Program-made: the position numbers and the translations under genes
NCBI GenBank assembly: GCA_001643675.2
Contig: LSRY02000003.1
Span: forward strand, 1,116,001 to 1,180,000
Reading direction: 5' to 3'
From: Monocercomonoides exilis PA203
Lineage: Eukaryota; Protista; Preaxostyla
Length of the DNA: 64,000 nucleotides
In this document: one piece after another, positions 49,801 through 62,639 of the stretch
Layout of the letters: every line of letters begins with the position of its first letter
Numbering within the stretch: the stretch's first letter is position 1
Notes under the pieces: model-generated
What the model was told of the DNA's origin: nothing
Database searches by the model: none
Seen by the model: only the letters and a program-made list of their open reading frames with translations

Positions 49801-52558
49801 CAGAGAGATAAGTGAAGGGCTATTTCATTTGAGACAGAAAAGAAAAACAGGCTATCTCAAATAGAAAGTGGATCAATGCAATCGATTTCGTCTGCCTCTC
49901 GTTCGTTTGATTCGCCAACTTCTTCAATTCCCAGGCAGCCTTCATCATCTTCTACGCAAATGTCAAATTATTTTTCTCCTTTTTCATCATTTTCAACTTT
50001 GTCTTCGTCTTCTCATTCTTCTTTGCCTTTTTCTGCTTCTTCACCTTCTCCTCCATAATCATTTTGACATTTTTTCTTGTCTTCTCCATTTCTTGCTTCT
50101 TAATTTCTTTTTACTGCTTCAACTCCTTCCTCTTCATCCCCGGCATCACCTTCAGATGGAATATCTCCAACTTCTCAGGATTTTGAGTCTCCACCCCTAG
50201 ACAAAATACACCAATTATTTTTCAAACTCAATCGGCACCTCGTTCGAGTTCCTGGTCCAAATGCCAAGGATTTTCTCATTCATAAGGAGGAGCAAATGCT
50301 CATTCATCATTGGACTCCTCGACTTCATTTGGGATGTCTTATCTTCTTTTCCCACAGACTGGACCACTTCCAATTTCACAGCAGATCCCATCAAATCGAT
50401 ACAATCGACATCTACAAGGATCATCTTCACAGGGTGTGTCTGTTGGGAATGTTATGCCACTGGGTGCGTCTTCTGCGTCATCTGTTTCATCTGCCTCTGT
50501 GGCTGAGCAGATTCCGTCTGTGATGCCCATCGCAAGCGTTGCTGGAAACCCTCCGCTGACAGACTTCACCATACTTCTAACACAAATGACGCAAGCTTTC
50601 CTGCCTCCTCCTTATCCCCCTCAAATAGCACCATTCTTTTCGCCTTCTGAGCTATTCAACCACACAAATCACTCATCACGCTCGACCTCTTCTGCTCTTT
50701 CATCCAATTCCTCCACGCCCTTTTCTTCTTCATAATCATCATATTCCTCCACTGCATCATCTCATCCACAAAATGAAAGCAATTTTCTTTCGAGTTCTCT
50801 GAAAACACCTCATCCAGCTGGATACCAAACTGATATGAACATCCAAAAACCATCAGCTTTCTGTTGTTTGTCTTCATCTGCAGCATCTGAATATTAAAGC
50901 ATTAATAATAATAATAATAACGGCAATGACAACAACATAAGCAGCAAGAAGACTTCATCAACCGAAATGAGCAAAGGAAAGAAAACAGAAGCTGATGGCA
51001 ACGCAAACACTCAAATCATCAGCATAAACACTACACTATCATCTCGTGATGTTTGATCCACTTCACAAGAATCTTCTTCTTCTTCTTCTTCCTTCTAACT
51101 TTCTTTATTGCCTTCTACACAACCTGCCTCAACATTTCATGATGCCCAATCCCTTTACAGTTTCATTTTGAATCGAAGTGAATTGATTAACGTGTCCAAT
51201 TGCTTATATATGATGATATTCAAACATTATTGAAAAAAAGGAAGATAATAAAAAGGTAATACAAATGATTCACAAATCAAAAGTGTGTTTTTTTTTTCAT
51301 TGTATTTATTTTGTGATTAACATTAATTATTTTGTTTTCCATAATATTTTTCTTTAAGAAGCGAAATGATTGGAAACTTTTTTGACTTGCCTCGTGCAAG
51401 CAAAACTCGCAAAGCTGATAAGGTTTTAGAAGCTTTGGAGGCTACTGCGCCGTCTGATCCTGTGGGGTGTTTACTTTATTTTATCTTTCACTACAAAAAA
51501 GGAAAGCCTTTCCAAGAGGCAATCCAGACCCGCTTTGAAGGTTTGCTTTTATATTTTTTTTCCATTAAACAAAAAATTAAATCTATTATGTTATTATAAT
51601 TATAATATTTTCCAATATCTTTTTTAAAAGAAAAAATTACAAGCTCAATTCAAAATATAGGTGAAGTGCGGAAAAGAAGCCCCTCGAACCTTCGTGTTGA
51701 GCTTCTTCGTTGCGTTTCTTCGTCTTTTTCAATTGCGGAATTGAACAAAAACGGCTGGGGCATAACTCCCGGTGAATATTACTATTCACGGGAGAAAAAC
51801 AAAGCCCCAGCACCTACAGCTTTATCAAGCAGTGATAAAGATGTTCTTTCAATTAGAAGTTTTTTTTATTTTTTATTTATATTAATTTTTTTTACATTAA
51901 TTATTTTTATTATTATTTTGTTTATTATTAAAAAAAAAATATGTATTTTTGAATGATATTTATTTTTTTTTAGATGAAAAAGAGTTTCAAACAGCAGAAA
52001 GCTGGCTTTTAAGCCATAGCTCTTGCAGCTGCGAAAACTCGAGAAGGAAAAAAACAAGTTTGATTATTGTTTATATTTTTTTTCAATAAGTTTATTTTAA
52101 ATTATCATAAATTATTGTTTTTGTTGAACTTTCAAACATATATTTAAGCTAACAATATTATAGAAAAACAAAATGCAGAAGTTAAGAAGCGATGTTGTGA
52201 TGTATGTTTTAAAAAAAATAAAAAAGAAGAATTAGAAAAAGAAAATACAGAAAATAAAAAACAAAATGAAATGAAAAAAATAAAAGAAAAAACAAACAAT
52301 AAAAAAAAAGAAACTAAAAAAAAGAATGAAGTGATAATATTAAAAGATGAAAATAAGAAAACACAAAATTATAAAAAAGAAAATGAAAAATTAAAAGAAA
52401 AATTAATAAATAACAATATAAAAAATAAAAAGAGCAAAACAAATATATTTATCGACAATTCAATACTTATAAGCAATAATGAAAATTCAAATTTTATTAA
52501 ACAAAAATTTATCAACACTTCATCATCATTCGTTGACGTGAGTTACGATCGAATCCAT

Positions 52559-52639
52559 TTGAGCACTGGGGGGAGTTCAGTGGCTGCGACAATGAGCACT
52601 GGGGGGAGTTCTGTGGCTGCGACAATGAGCACTGGGAGG
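52559..52639 (+). repeat. 33-nt coding minisatellite (~2.5 copies, (L/M)STGGSSVAAT)
   Basis: Units start at 52559, 52592 and 52625. Confidence 0.9.
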
Positions 52640-52993
52640 AATTTTGGAATGTTAACAAAAGCGAAAATGAACGTTATAATAAATGACTTTTATAATATTG
52701 AAGAAAAGAAAAAAAGAAAAGACAGAAAAGATAAAAAAGAAAATATTGAAAAAAATAAGAAAAATGAAGAATATAAAAATAAAGATAAATTTGAAAAAAG
52801 AGAAAAAAATGAATATTATCTTAAAGAAAAAAATGATACTAAAAAATATACATATATAGAAAATAATAACAATAATACTAATTTTTATTATAATAACCTT
52901 TCAAGTCACAAATTTTCTTTACAAAATTTTTATTCAAATTTAACTTTATGTCATATTGATACTTCTAATTTTTCCCGATTCTATGCTTGTGCT

Positions 52994-53407
52994 GATGGAC
53001 TTGGAGCAGCGAGCGGGTCATTATCAGATGGACTTGGGGCAGCGAGCGGGGCTAGTTCGGAAGGATTTGGGGATGTTTGCAGGGCTAGTTCGGAAGGATT
53101 TGGGGATGTTTGCAGGGCTGGCATGTTTAATGATGGAAGGGAGGAAAGGGCTTGTGCGTTTGAAGCTGGAGTTGAAATGGAAAGAGAATTAGGTGGTGGA
53201 GGAATTGTGATGGAAGGAGAGTTGGATGGAGGAGAAATTGTGATGGAGGAAGAGTTGGATGGAGGAGAAGGTGGAATGGAGGAAGAGTTGGATGGAGGAG
53301 AAGGTGGAATGGAGGAAGAGTTGGATGGAGGAGAAGGTGGAATGGAGGAAAAGTTGGATGGAGGAAGAGCAGTAATGGGGAGAGCGTTGGATAGAGGGAG
53401 TGATGGT
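52994..53407 (+). repeat. 33-nt coding minisatellites (DGLGAASG/EGFGDVCRASS x4; MEEELDGGEGG-type x7)
   Basis: Units start at 52994, 53027, 53060 and 53093, then at 53177 every 33 nt to 53375. Confidence 0.9.
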
Positions 53408-55058
53408 GGGCATGTTGATGGAAATTTAGAAAATAATGTATGTTATTTGAAAAATATGAAAAGAAAAAGAAAGGGCTTTGGAGTTTTTTCTCCAAATGAA
53501 AAAAGATTAATAGAAAAGACAAAAAAAGACTTTTTTTTTGAAATGAAAAAAGATATTAATTTAAAAATGTCTTATTCAACATTCTGCAAAAAAACAAGAA
53601 ATTTTAAAAAATCAAAGAAAAGGACAGATTTATGTGAAATTTGTGAAAGATGAAATTTTTTGGAAAAGAAAAAGAAAGAAATAGAAAGAAAAGGATTGAA
53701 ATTGAGCCAAACTGAAGATGATGAATTGAATTTAATAATTCATCATCGAAAAATGGCCCAACATCAAAGAAACTTCTTTTATGAAAAGAAAGAAAATTTA
53801 AAAAAAAATGAAGTTTTAATTTTAATGGATTTTAAAGAGAATTGGTGTTTACCAATTTCTAATAATGAAACTGGTAAATCATTTTTTAATAAGAAACAAA
53901 TTTCTCATTTGTGTTTTGTTGTTTTTTATGTTGATAATTTCGGAAATCAAAAAAAATGTTGTTTTAATTATTTTTCTGAAATTTTATCTCATGATTATCG
54001 TTTTGTATGTGAATGTTTGAAACAACTTTTACAATTTGATATTTTTTTGAATGTTAATTCTTTTAACTTTTTTTGCGACAATGGGCCGCATTTCCGTAAT
54101 TCTCATATTTTAAATTTATTGCTTTCTGATAATTCTTTTTTGCTTAAAAATAAACATTGTTCACTTTCATTTTTTGCCGAACATCACGGAAAAAATGAAT
54201 GTGATAGTGAGTTTGGTTTTTTAACAAATTTAATAAATCATAAACTTGGAAATAGAGTTTTGAATAATATTTTTGATTTAATTAATTTTTTTTTGTTATA
54301 ATTGTAATTCTTATTTATTTAACACAAATTCTGTTAATTCATCTTTTTTCATTTCTGATTCTTTAAATAGTAACTTTAATTATTCTTCTAATATTTTTTC
54401 ATCTTCTTCTCAAAACCAGGTAAAAAAGAATAACGAAACGAAGCATTATTTTTTAAGGTTTGAATTTATTTAACTTATTTATTTATTTATATATTTATAT
54501 ATATATTTATTTAGTCACAAAGAATTAAAAGAAACAAACTGGAATGAAATGAAAATAAAAGGTATGAGAAATTATTTGTTTTTTAAAAAAGATTCAGGCA
54601 AACTTCTCGTTTCGCCAATCAGCTGTGAAAAGAGCTCAGGTATGTTTGAAATAGAACATAAAATTTTGAAAAAATTGGAAACAAAAAAAAGAAAAATTTT
54701 TGAAAGAAAAGATAATAACAAAAATGATATTTTCAATCTTGAAAAAGGAAAATTCGGAAAAGGTGTGAAGAAAGTTATAGAAAACAGAATGACATTTTTG
54801 AATTTACATAAAGAAAAAGATTTTTTGAATTTTTATGATAATTTCTTTAATAATTTAAATAATTCTTTGGATTCAAATAGCTTGACAAGTGAAACAGGTA
54901 TGTCACAGGTGTGTAATTTAAATTCTGAAAATTCATTTTCTGATTCATTTTCTGATAATTATTCTTTTAACGATTCTATTGATAATTCTTTTTTTAATTA
55001 AAATATTTTTTTAGCAAAATTTTCACTGCATAATTTGAAAAAATAGGTATGAAGGTAT

Positions 55059-55059
<1 letters not shown>

Positions 55060-55118
<59 letters not shown>
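55060..55118. repeat. Poly-T tract (~59 nt)
   Basis: Seen directly, inside a GTATG..TTTTAG intron-like context. Confidence 0.9.
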
Positions 55119-55969
55119 CTTTTTAGACTATTGAAAGTGATTGATAATAATTAATGTAATAAACAAACTATAAAATTATTTTAAATTTGAATTCAATTTT
55201 ATTAATTATTTTATAACTATTAAATTTTTATTATCTTTTTTTAATTTAGCTAACTAATTAATAAATAAAAATTAAAAGTTTAATTAACTTAGAAATAATA
55301 AATATTTGTTAATGCTTATCCAATGAAACCGAATTTTATTCGGTTGAGGACTAGACTGATTCCATCCTGTTTCTTAATTCTTTTTTAATAATTGAGAAAC
55401 TTGAAGGACTTGGGTCCAGAATCAGTTTCCCAGGTAAATAAATGTTTGTTATCGTTTTTTTTAGAAAATAAAAAATTTTAAAACTGTTCAGTGAATTATT
55501 AAATTTTATGTAGAAATTATTGTCGAAATTACGGGTGGAACAAAATTTGGAAAAAGAAAATTTTGCCCCATATAATAAAAAAAGATCAAAAAATCGATAA
55601 AATAAATACTATTGTGGTATTACTGATCAAAAAATTTAATTGATTTTTCTTCAGCATTTAGCTTTCAAATTATTTCATATGTTTGTTTTATTCATGAATA
55701 CAATATGTCATACATTTTTTAAAATTAATAAGTTCTAATTGATCAAGATCGAAAAAAAATGTGAAAAATAAAAATTAAAACTGCAAAAGGAAAATATCAA
55801 GTTTCTCAACTTACTAAACTATCCTAATAAATAAAAAATACTTTGAAAAACACAATTGAAATAGTTTGCTATAAATTTGTTTCGATTAAAAATTATTATA
55901 CTTCAAACTTTTGAAACCAATTTGTTTTCTTGACTTTATCTATTTCTTCGACGGAAATATCATTACAAT

Positions 55970-58900
55970 GTATCAGTCCTTTCTTTTCGATTCAGTTTCT
56001 TCATCAAACGTTGAATGAAATACAATGAAATCGATAATCAATGAATAAAACTTATTCGAACTAGTCTTTTTTCTCTTTATTCTTCTCATCACTTGTCCTT
56101 CCCTCTTCCTTCTCCATTCTTTCCTCATCTTCCTTCCATTTCCACTCTGCCTAATCAAAATTCTCCCTTCGAAAATACCTGTGAAGTTGTTTGCTTCCTC
56201 TCCAGCACTTTCCGTGTCATTATTCTCGTTGTGTTCCTCGATGACTCCAATTGCTTGCTAATCTCCTCTTGAAACAAATTTGCCTTCACACTCAGTTCAT
56301 TGGCTGCTGTGTCAGCGATGAGATGAGCAAAGGAGGAGGAAGAAGAAGAAGAGGTTGATCCATAATTCGAGTAGGAAGAAGAAGAAGAAGAAGAAGAAGA
56401 AGAAATTAAAATAAAAATTAAAAATAAAAAAATGAAGAAGAATGAGAAGTAGAAGAAGAAAATGACTACGATGACGATGATGAAGAAGAAGGATGAAGTG
56501 ATTGATTAGAATGTTTGTCTCTCACAGCACAGTTTTCTTTCTTTTCTCTTTCTCTTTCTTCAATTCTTCCTTCTTCTCTTCCTTCTTCTCTTCCCTCTCT
56601 CTCTCCCTTCCAATGCGTTCTCCACCACCAATTTTATCCTCCTCTCTTTCTCTTCACTCAAAAAATGCCTCTCGCAAAACGCCTTCACATCCTCTTCCAA
56701 ACAGTCCCCTTCAAAAACACTAAAAGAAGCTGGACCGCTCGGAAGCGAAACGCTCACTTTAAAGAGAAGTTCTGCTTTTGCTTCCTCTTCCTCTTCCTCT
56801 TCTTCCTCTTCCTCTTCTTCCTCTTCCTCTTCCTCTTCTTCCTCTTCTTCCTCTTCTTCCTCTTCTTCTTTTTCATCATCATCATCTTCTTATTCTTATT
56901 CTTTTTTTCTTCTTCTTCATCTTCATCTTCTTCTTCTTCTTCTTCTTCTTCTTCTTCTTCTTCTTTTCTTCTTCTTCTTCTTCCTCTTCCTCTTCCTCTT
57001 CCTTTTCTTCTTCTTTATCCTCCCACCAAATCCATCTCTTCTATCAGCTCCATTTACAACAAGTCCAATGAAGAAATCAACTTCTTTTTGTTTTGGAAGA
57101 AGAGAATGACAAAAGATGGAATGCCTTATTTGTTCCCAGAAGATTGGAAAAGATTGGTTGATGGTGTGTTGGCTTGGAAGATAAAGTTTTAATGTTTTCT
57201 TTTTTCTATTTTTTCTTTATTTCTTTTTCTTCTCTCTAACAATCCTATCTGTCTCTTTGTAATTAAGCGGATGAAATGTCAATTCTTTCTCGTTTTCCTT
57301 CGTCTTTTTCGCTTCTTTGGCTGCTAACCATTCAGCTTGCGTGTTTGTATCGTGAAAATACAATCGGAGAATTAGCGGCGAAGGAGAAATTTCTTTTTTA
57401 TTTTGGATTTCCCGCTTCTTTTTTTGCTATTCTTTCTTTTTGTCTTTCTTTTCATCATTTTTATTTTTATTTTTATTTTCTCCTTTAAAATTCCCCGTTT
57501 CGCCTTGTTTTTTCGAATTATTTTTGTCAGCAAAATTAAACCCAACAACAACATCATCATCTTCTTCTTTTCTCAAAGCCAGCATTTTTGCTAATTGCTT
57601 CTTTTCTTCGATTTCTTTCAGTCTTCGCTGAGTGAAAAGAGAAGTTAGCTTCAAAAGAGAAAGTTCATCTTGATAGTCTTCATCTGTATTTTCTTCTTCT
57701 TCTTTTCTTCTTTCTTCTTCTTCTTGTTTTCCTTCCCTTTCTTCCCTTTCCTCCTTTTTCTCCTTCTTTTCCTTTTTTCACTGCCAAATCCTTCCTCTCC
57801 TTATTCTTCCTCTCCTTCTCTTTTTCATTCTCTCTCTTCTCCTTCTTCTTCTTCTTCTTTATCCATTTTATCATTTCTTCTTCGTCTCTGATTCTCTTTC
57901 TTTCTGCCAATTCTTCCGATTTTTCGTTTCGAAACACATTTTTTCTTTTTTCTTCTTCTTTTCTCTTCTTTTCTTCTTCTTTCTTTTCTCTTTTGCCCCA
58001 CAAAATTGCCATTTCGACTATTCTTTTCTGTTTGTCTTCGGTTTAACACTGAAAAACAGCTGGAATTTCATTTGGTTGATTGGAAGAAGAAGAAGAAGAG
58101 GAAGAGGAGGAAGAAGAATAAGTTCCATATATTCCCAACGACGATGATACATGTGAAGGATGAATACCTGAACGAGGTATCTTGAACAGTTTGGATTGAT
58201 TTGCCTGTATCAAATTGGCCGTTGGAAGAGGAGGATTGATTGACGTCACTTGTGGCAGTGGATGATGATTTTGAGAATTTCTTCTATGTTAGCAAATGAA
58301 TCAGGTGAAGAAGAAGAGAAAGAAATGATGAATTGATGAAAAAACTAGAATAAAAGAAAAAATAAGAACAAGATTAAGAAGTTGAAGCAAAAAAGGATGG
58401 TGATGAAGTTGGAAATGAAGAAGAAGTGAATGAAGATCATGTGCTTGCATATGCAAATGTTGAGAAAGTGAATGGTGTTTCGATAATATGCTGCTGAATC
58501 CTTCTTCGATTTTTGATTTCAGGCAGAAAATCTGAGCAAAGCGTGGTTAGAATCGTTACAGGCTTTTTCTTCTCTTTTGTTGTTTTCTTCTTTTCTTTCT
58601 CTCCTCTTTCTTTCTGAGCCTTTCGAACGTCTTTGTCAAATCCATCTACTTCTTCTTCTTCTTCCTTTTCTTCTTCTTTCTCATTATCGATGCATTTATC
58701 TGTCAGACACAATGATCCTTTTTCTTCTTTATCACTCACAAACTCATTTGCACTCCTCTTCTCATCCTTCTCTCTCCTCCCTTCCTTCCTCTCCTTCTCC
58801 CCACCCACCCGAATCCCCTGGCTAGCCACATACGCTGCATAATTCAGAAGGATGCTCTGTGGCTCAAACACATCCCTCGTCGCTGACACGCTGCTGCTTG

Positions 58901-59990
58901 CAAACACACATGAATTTCCCAATTTGCTCTTCCCGATAATCATACAAGAGATACGCAGCGAAACTGAAGAAATAGATGAATGAGAGTGAGAGGAAGAGAT
59001 TTGGCTGGATGCTCAAATGGACTTTAGTGTGAGTGAAGAGAAGTCTGTGGATTGTGGGGAAGGAGTGAGTGGCTTTGGAGGAGTTCCAACAAGAACAGAA
59101 GGGGCAGACAATTGTGTGTGTGGCAATGGAGAAAATAGAGGGGTATTAATTGTGGAGGATGTCGCGATGTTTTGAGTAAACAACTGGGCAGATGAGAGTG
59201 CGCTGTCAAACGAGAAAAATGACTGCTGTTTTTCATCTTCATTTTCTTTACATCCTCCTTCTCTTTCCCTGTCCCTCCTCCTTTTTTCCGTAACTGCATG
59301 TGCAAGTCTTGCGTCGAAAGCATCAATTTCCGATGTGGAAAATTCATCTTTCTCCTTCTTCTTCATATTCGCCTTTGGCTTTTCCCACTGATTCCCTTTC
59401 CATGCTCTGCGCTCAATTTGCAACTGAAATCCACTTTCTTTGCATCTTCCATTTGAACTCGCGCTCCTCTCTTCGTTTCTTGGCTGTGCCATAAAGCGAG
59501 CGGATGAACGCAATGTGCCTTGAAGCTCCTTTTCCATCCAGCTGCCATTTCTCATTCGATGTCCATTCACTCCTTTCATCTCATTCTGTACAGCTTGCGA
59601 ATTGATGCTATTCGAATCGCTGATGCAGAGCTGAATGTTCCTCTTCGGAAGAAGAAAATAGTTCAAAAGCACATTTCGTTATCTCACAGAAGGCTTATAC
59701 AGCGACGAAGATACTGTAGAGAGGAAGAATAGTTATTGAGATTCTTTTTGGAAGGCAAACTCGTGATGCTGATTGAACAGCTTACAAACATCTGAAGGTT
59801 GAATGTGACGCAACACAAAGAGAAAAGAGGAACCAAAATAGAAGGTCAAGAAGGTGAAGAATTTGGAGAAGGTGAAGAAGAAGGAAATGATGAGGAAAAT
59901 GAGAAATAAGGTGAAGAACATGAGATGATGATGAAAATAAATTTTTATGGTGATTGAGTAATCCATTTATATTCCAATAAATTTAGTGAA
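55970..59990 (-). pseudogene. Fragmented low-complexity (E/K/S-rich) coding-like region, product unknown
   Basis: A series of short minus-strand ORFs with coding-like composition (59672-59013, 58943-58437, 58249-58043 and others), broken by stops and frameshifts; no recognisable domain. Confidence 0.4.
56780..57010. repeat. (TCT/TCC)n microsatellite
   Basis: Seen directly; a (GAA)n tract also lies at ~56330-56490. Confidence 0.9.
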
Positions 59991-60093
59991 GAAGTTGATA
60001 CGTTTCATGTGATGTTGGCGATTGATGCAATGCCGTATAAAACAAGTTAACTTCACAAGGTAACAATAATCCAAATCGAAGAATTTCTGGCTG

Positions 60094-61250
60094 TTGTTCT
60101 GTAATTTATCAATAAAGTTGAATTTCTTCCAATCAATTCACTTTCTTTTTGCGATTTCCTCTCCTTTCCCCTCAAAAATAGAAAATATTAATATTTCTCA
60201 ATTTCCATTCTTTTCCATTCCCTTCTTCCATTCAGCTCACAAAATCATCAGAAAATATCAATCCCCTCCTTTTCTTCATCTTTCCCATTCTCTTCCAAAA
60301 TATCTTCTCCTCTCAAAAAATACCCCTCTTCCATTTGAACATTTCTCAAATTTCCTCCTCTCATCCACTTTTGACCTCTTTTCTTTCTTTTCAAAATCCA
60401 TTTCTCCAATTTGTCTCAAATATCTTCCTCACCATCCTCAGCCACTTCTCTACATATTTTCTACATTATCTTCTCCAAATCTCCACCCACTCTTCCCCAC
60501 CCCTTTGCCTCAGAATTTCTTTCATTCAAAAACCCCTCTCGAAATATTAACATTCAAAAAAACACCCAACTTCTACTCCCTGCCACAAAAAATATTCTTC
60601 CATCTCTTCTCTGCCCCATATTCCTCCTGTGCAAGGTGTTGATGAGATAGACATCAAATACTGTTTTGGATGGTTGAGAATATTATTAAAGGAGATGATC
60701 ATGGCCGAAAAGAAAAAACGCCTCTGGACATCCATCACAATGTGTACGGGCTGAAAAGACCCTCCAGCGAGATACACGATGTATTTTGTGAAGATGCATT
60801 CCATGCTGTATTCAACCATTCTGAGACTGAAATAAAGAGATTGAATTTTTGAATGATGATGGCTGTGGAAATGAGTGTGTTTGGCAAAACACAGACGAAG
60901 AGCAGTTTGGTATTTATTTATTTTTCTATATTTGAATATTTATCTGTTGAATGTTTTTGTGTTGTTTTCAGGGCAGGAGGTGGAAATGAATGAAAATGAA
61001 TGAAAGCGGGATATCTCATTATGCAGGGTGACCATCGAGTTGGGAGAGCGGATCCATATGGAAAGTACCCAGGGTGAAGTGACTGGGAAGGAAATTGGAG
61101 ATGATATTTTCTGGTGTAAAAAAGGATTCATTGAATTGAGAAATAAAAATTTGAAAGAAAAGGTAAACATTGCATTTTTCAGGAGAGCAATAAATCGATG
61201 CATTTGATGGAGAAATGACTTCTGGAAAGGACGATTTGCGAAACAAAGAT
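60094..61250 (+). pseudogene. Probable decayed 5' fragment of a surface-protein family member
   Basis: A C/T-rich S/P/H/L segment like 22440-23310, followed by purine-rich coding-like remnants; no unambiguous motif. Confidence 0.35.
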
Positions 61251-62639
61251 GAAACGCTGAAAATTGAATGTTTTTATTTTATATTTATCGATTTCAACTT
61301 ATCTTATTTCATATTTTTTCAATAATATTATTTTCTGTTTTTAACTTAAGACATTGATTTGTATCGTTATTGTGATTATTGTTATCATATTTTTAAAACC
61401 AGAAAACTTATGTTTTGTTCAGTTCTATAAAGTTTCGATTATTTTTTTGAAAAAGTTTTTATTTTTTATAAAATATGAAGCAAAAACAAATTAAAAACAA
61501 ATTGAAATCAACAAATAATAAATGGTAATAATATATTTTACTTTATTTTTATGTAATTTCTAATAAAAATTAACTTATCAATCCCACCCTTAATGAAAAA
61601 ATTATTTGATCAAACGTCGGAATTTTTTATGATATCAAAAAAAATCACCCAATTCATTGTCATTTTCCAAATAGTTAGCTTTCGAATATCAAATGTTTTT
61701 CGATCATTTCAAAAGCCAACAGTTGATGAAAAAGAAAGAAAAAGATATTTTATTATTGGAGTCATTCATTTTCTGTGTTCATTAACAAAAATTTTAAAGA
61801 AAAATTGTTAAATCGAAATTCTTGAACGAAAAAAATATGATTTCAAAAACAATCACCCAAATTTATAAAAATTGATTTATATTACGAAATCCACAAAAAT
61901 AAGTTTTGATCCATATTTTAATACAGATACCAATTATGACGTGGACTTTCAATTACTGGCTGATGTGACAAAAAATAGTTTTGTCTGTAACACGTTTAAT
62001 TTCAATAACAATTATTTAGAAACAAATAGTTCACTATTTGATTTTCGGAAAGTGATTAAAAGGCATAGGTGCAACTGTCTATTTTTTGCAATTCTTGTTT
62101 TTTGATATTTATTTTATGATGCTTGAAATATGAAAATTATTAAAAAACTTTTGTATGGACCGATTTTTCGTAAAACTATTTGTTTATCGTGAAAAAAATT
62201 TTTTTAAAAATGACCCATAAATATGAGTATTTGAATAAAAAATTTGAAATCAAAGGCAAATAAATTCTGAAAAATATCTGGAATGTCTCTTAATACATTG
62301 TACACTTATATTTGTTTGGAAATTTCACAGAAAACACAAAAACGAAATTCTAATTATTTTAATATTATCATTTGATCAAACCCATGTTATAATTTTATTC
62401 ATTTGGAGAACATAAATTCGAAGGCTCCGGTGATACTCGGTGTTAATGTTTGTCTTTTTTGTTTAAACGAGTAATAATTATTTAATGCAAATATTTCTTT
62501 TATGTTCGTCTTAGAATATGCTGATTCTACCTTTTCAATTACCAATTCTATTGTCAAAGAAAATTCCTTGTTTGCAGTATTTTTTATTTCTTAAATAGCA
62601 GTTATGCAATTGATGCACTTATAGTAATTAAGTATAAAT

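Larger units (their letters stand above)
51366..55001 (+). mobile_element. Intron-containing Sola-like DDD transposase gene (near-intact: TGA 53651-53653 and +1 T in the run at 54286-54294)
   Basis: Predicted exons 51366-51540, 51661-51858, 51974-52057, 52149-54457 and 54515-55001 with phase-consistent GT..AG introns. Motifs MSYSTFCK..KKRTDLCEIC, H..MAQHQR, ILMDFKEN, LSHD, FFCDNGPHFRN and FFAEHHGKNECDSEFG. Element termini not found; subfamily uncertain. Confidence 0.75.

Noticed and set aside
49860-51150. S/P-rich plus-strand ORF fragments, including a CxxC-rich peptide
   Set aside because: Fragmented low-complexity sequence with no coherent frame or domain.
51310-55165. Possible TIR pair for the Sola-like element (ATTAACATTAATTATT vs AATAATTAATGTAAT)
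   Set aside because: Too short and AT-rich, with no TSD; compatible with chance.
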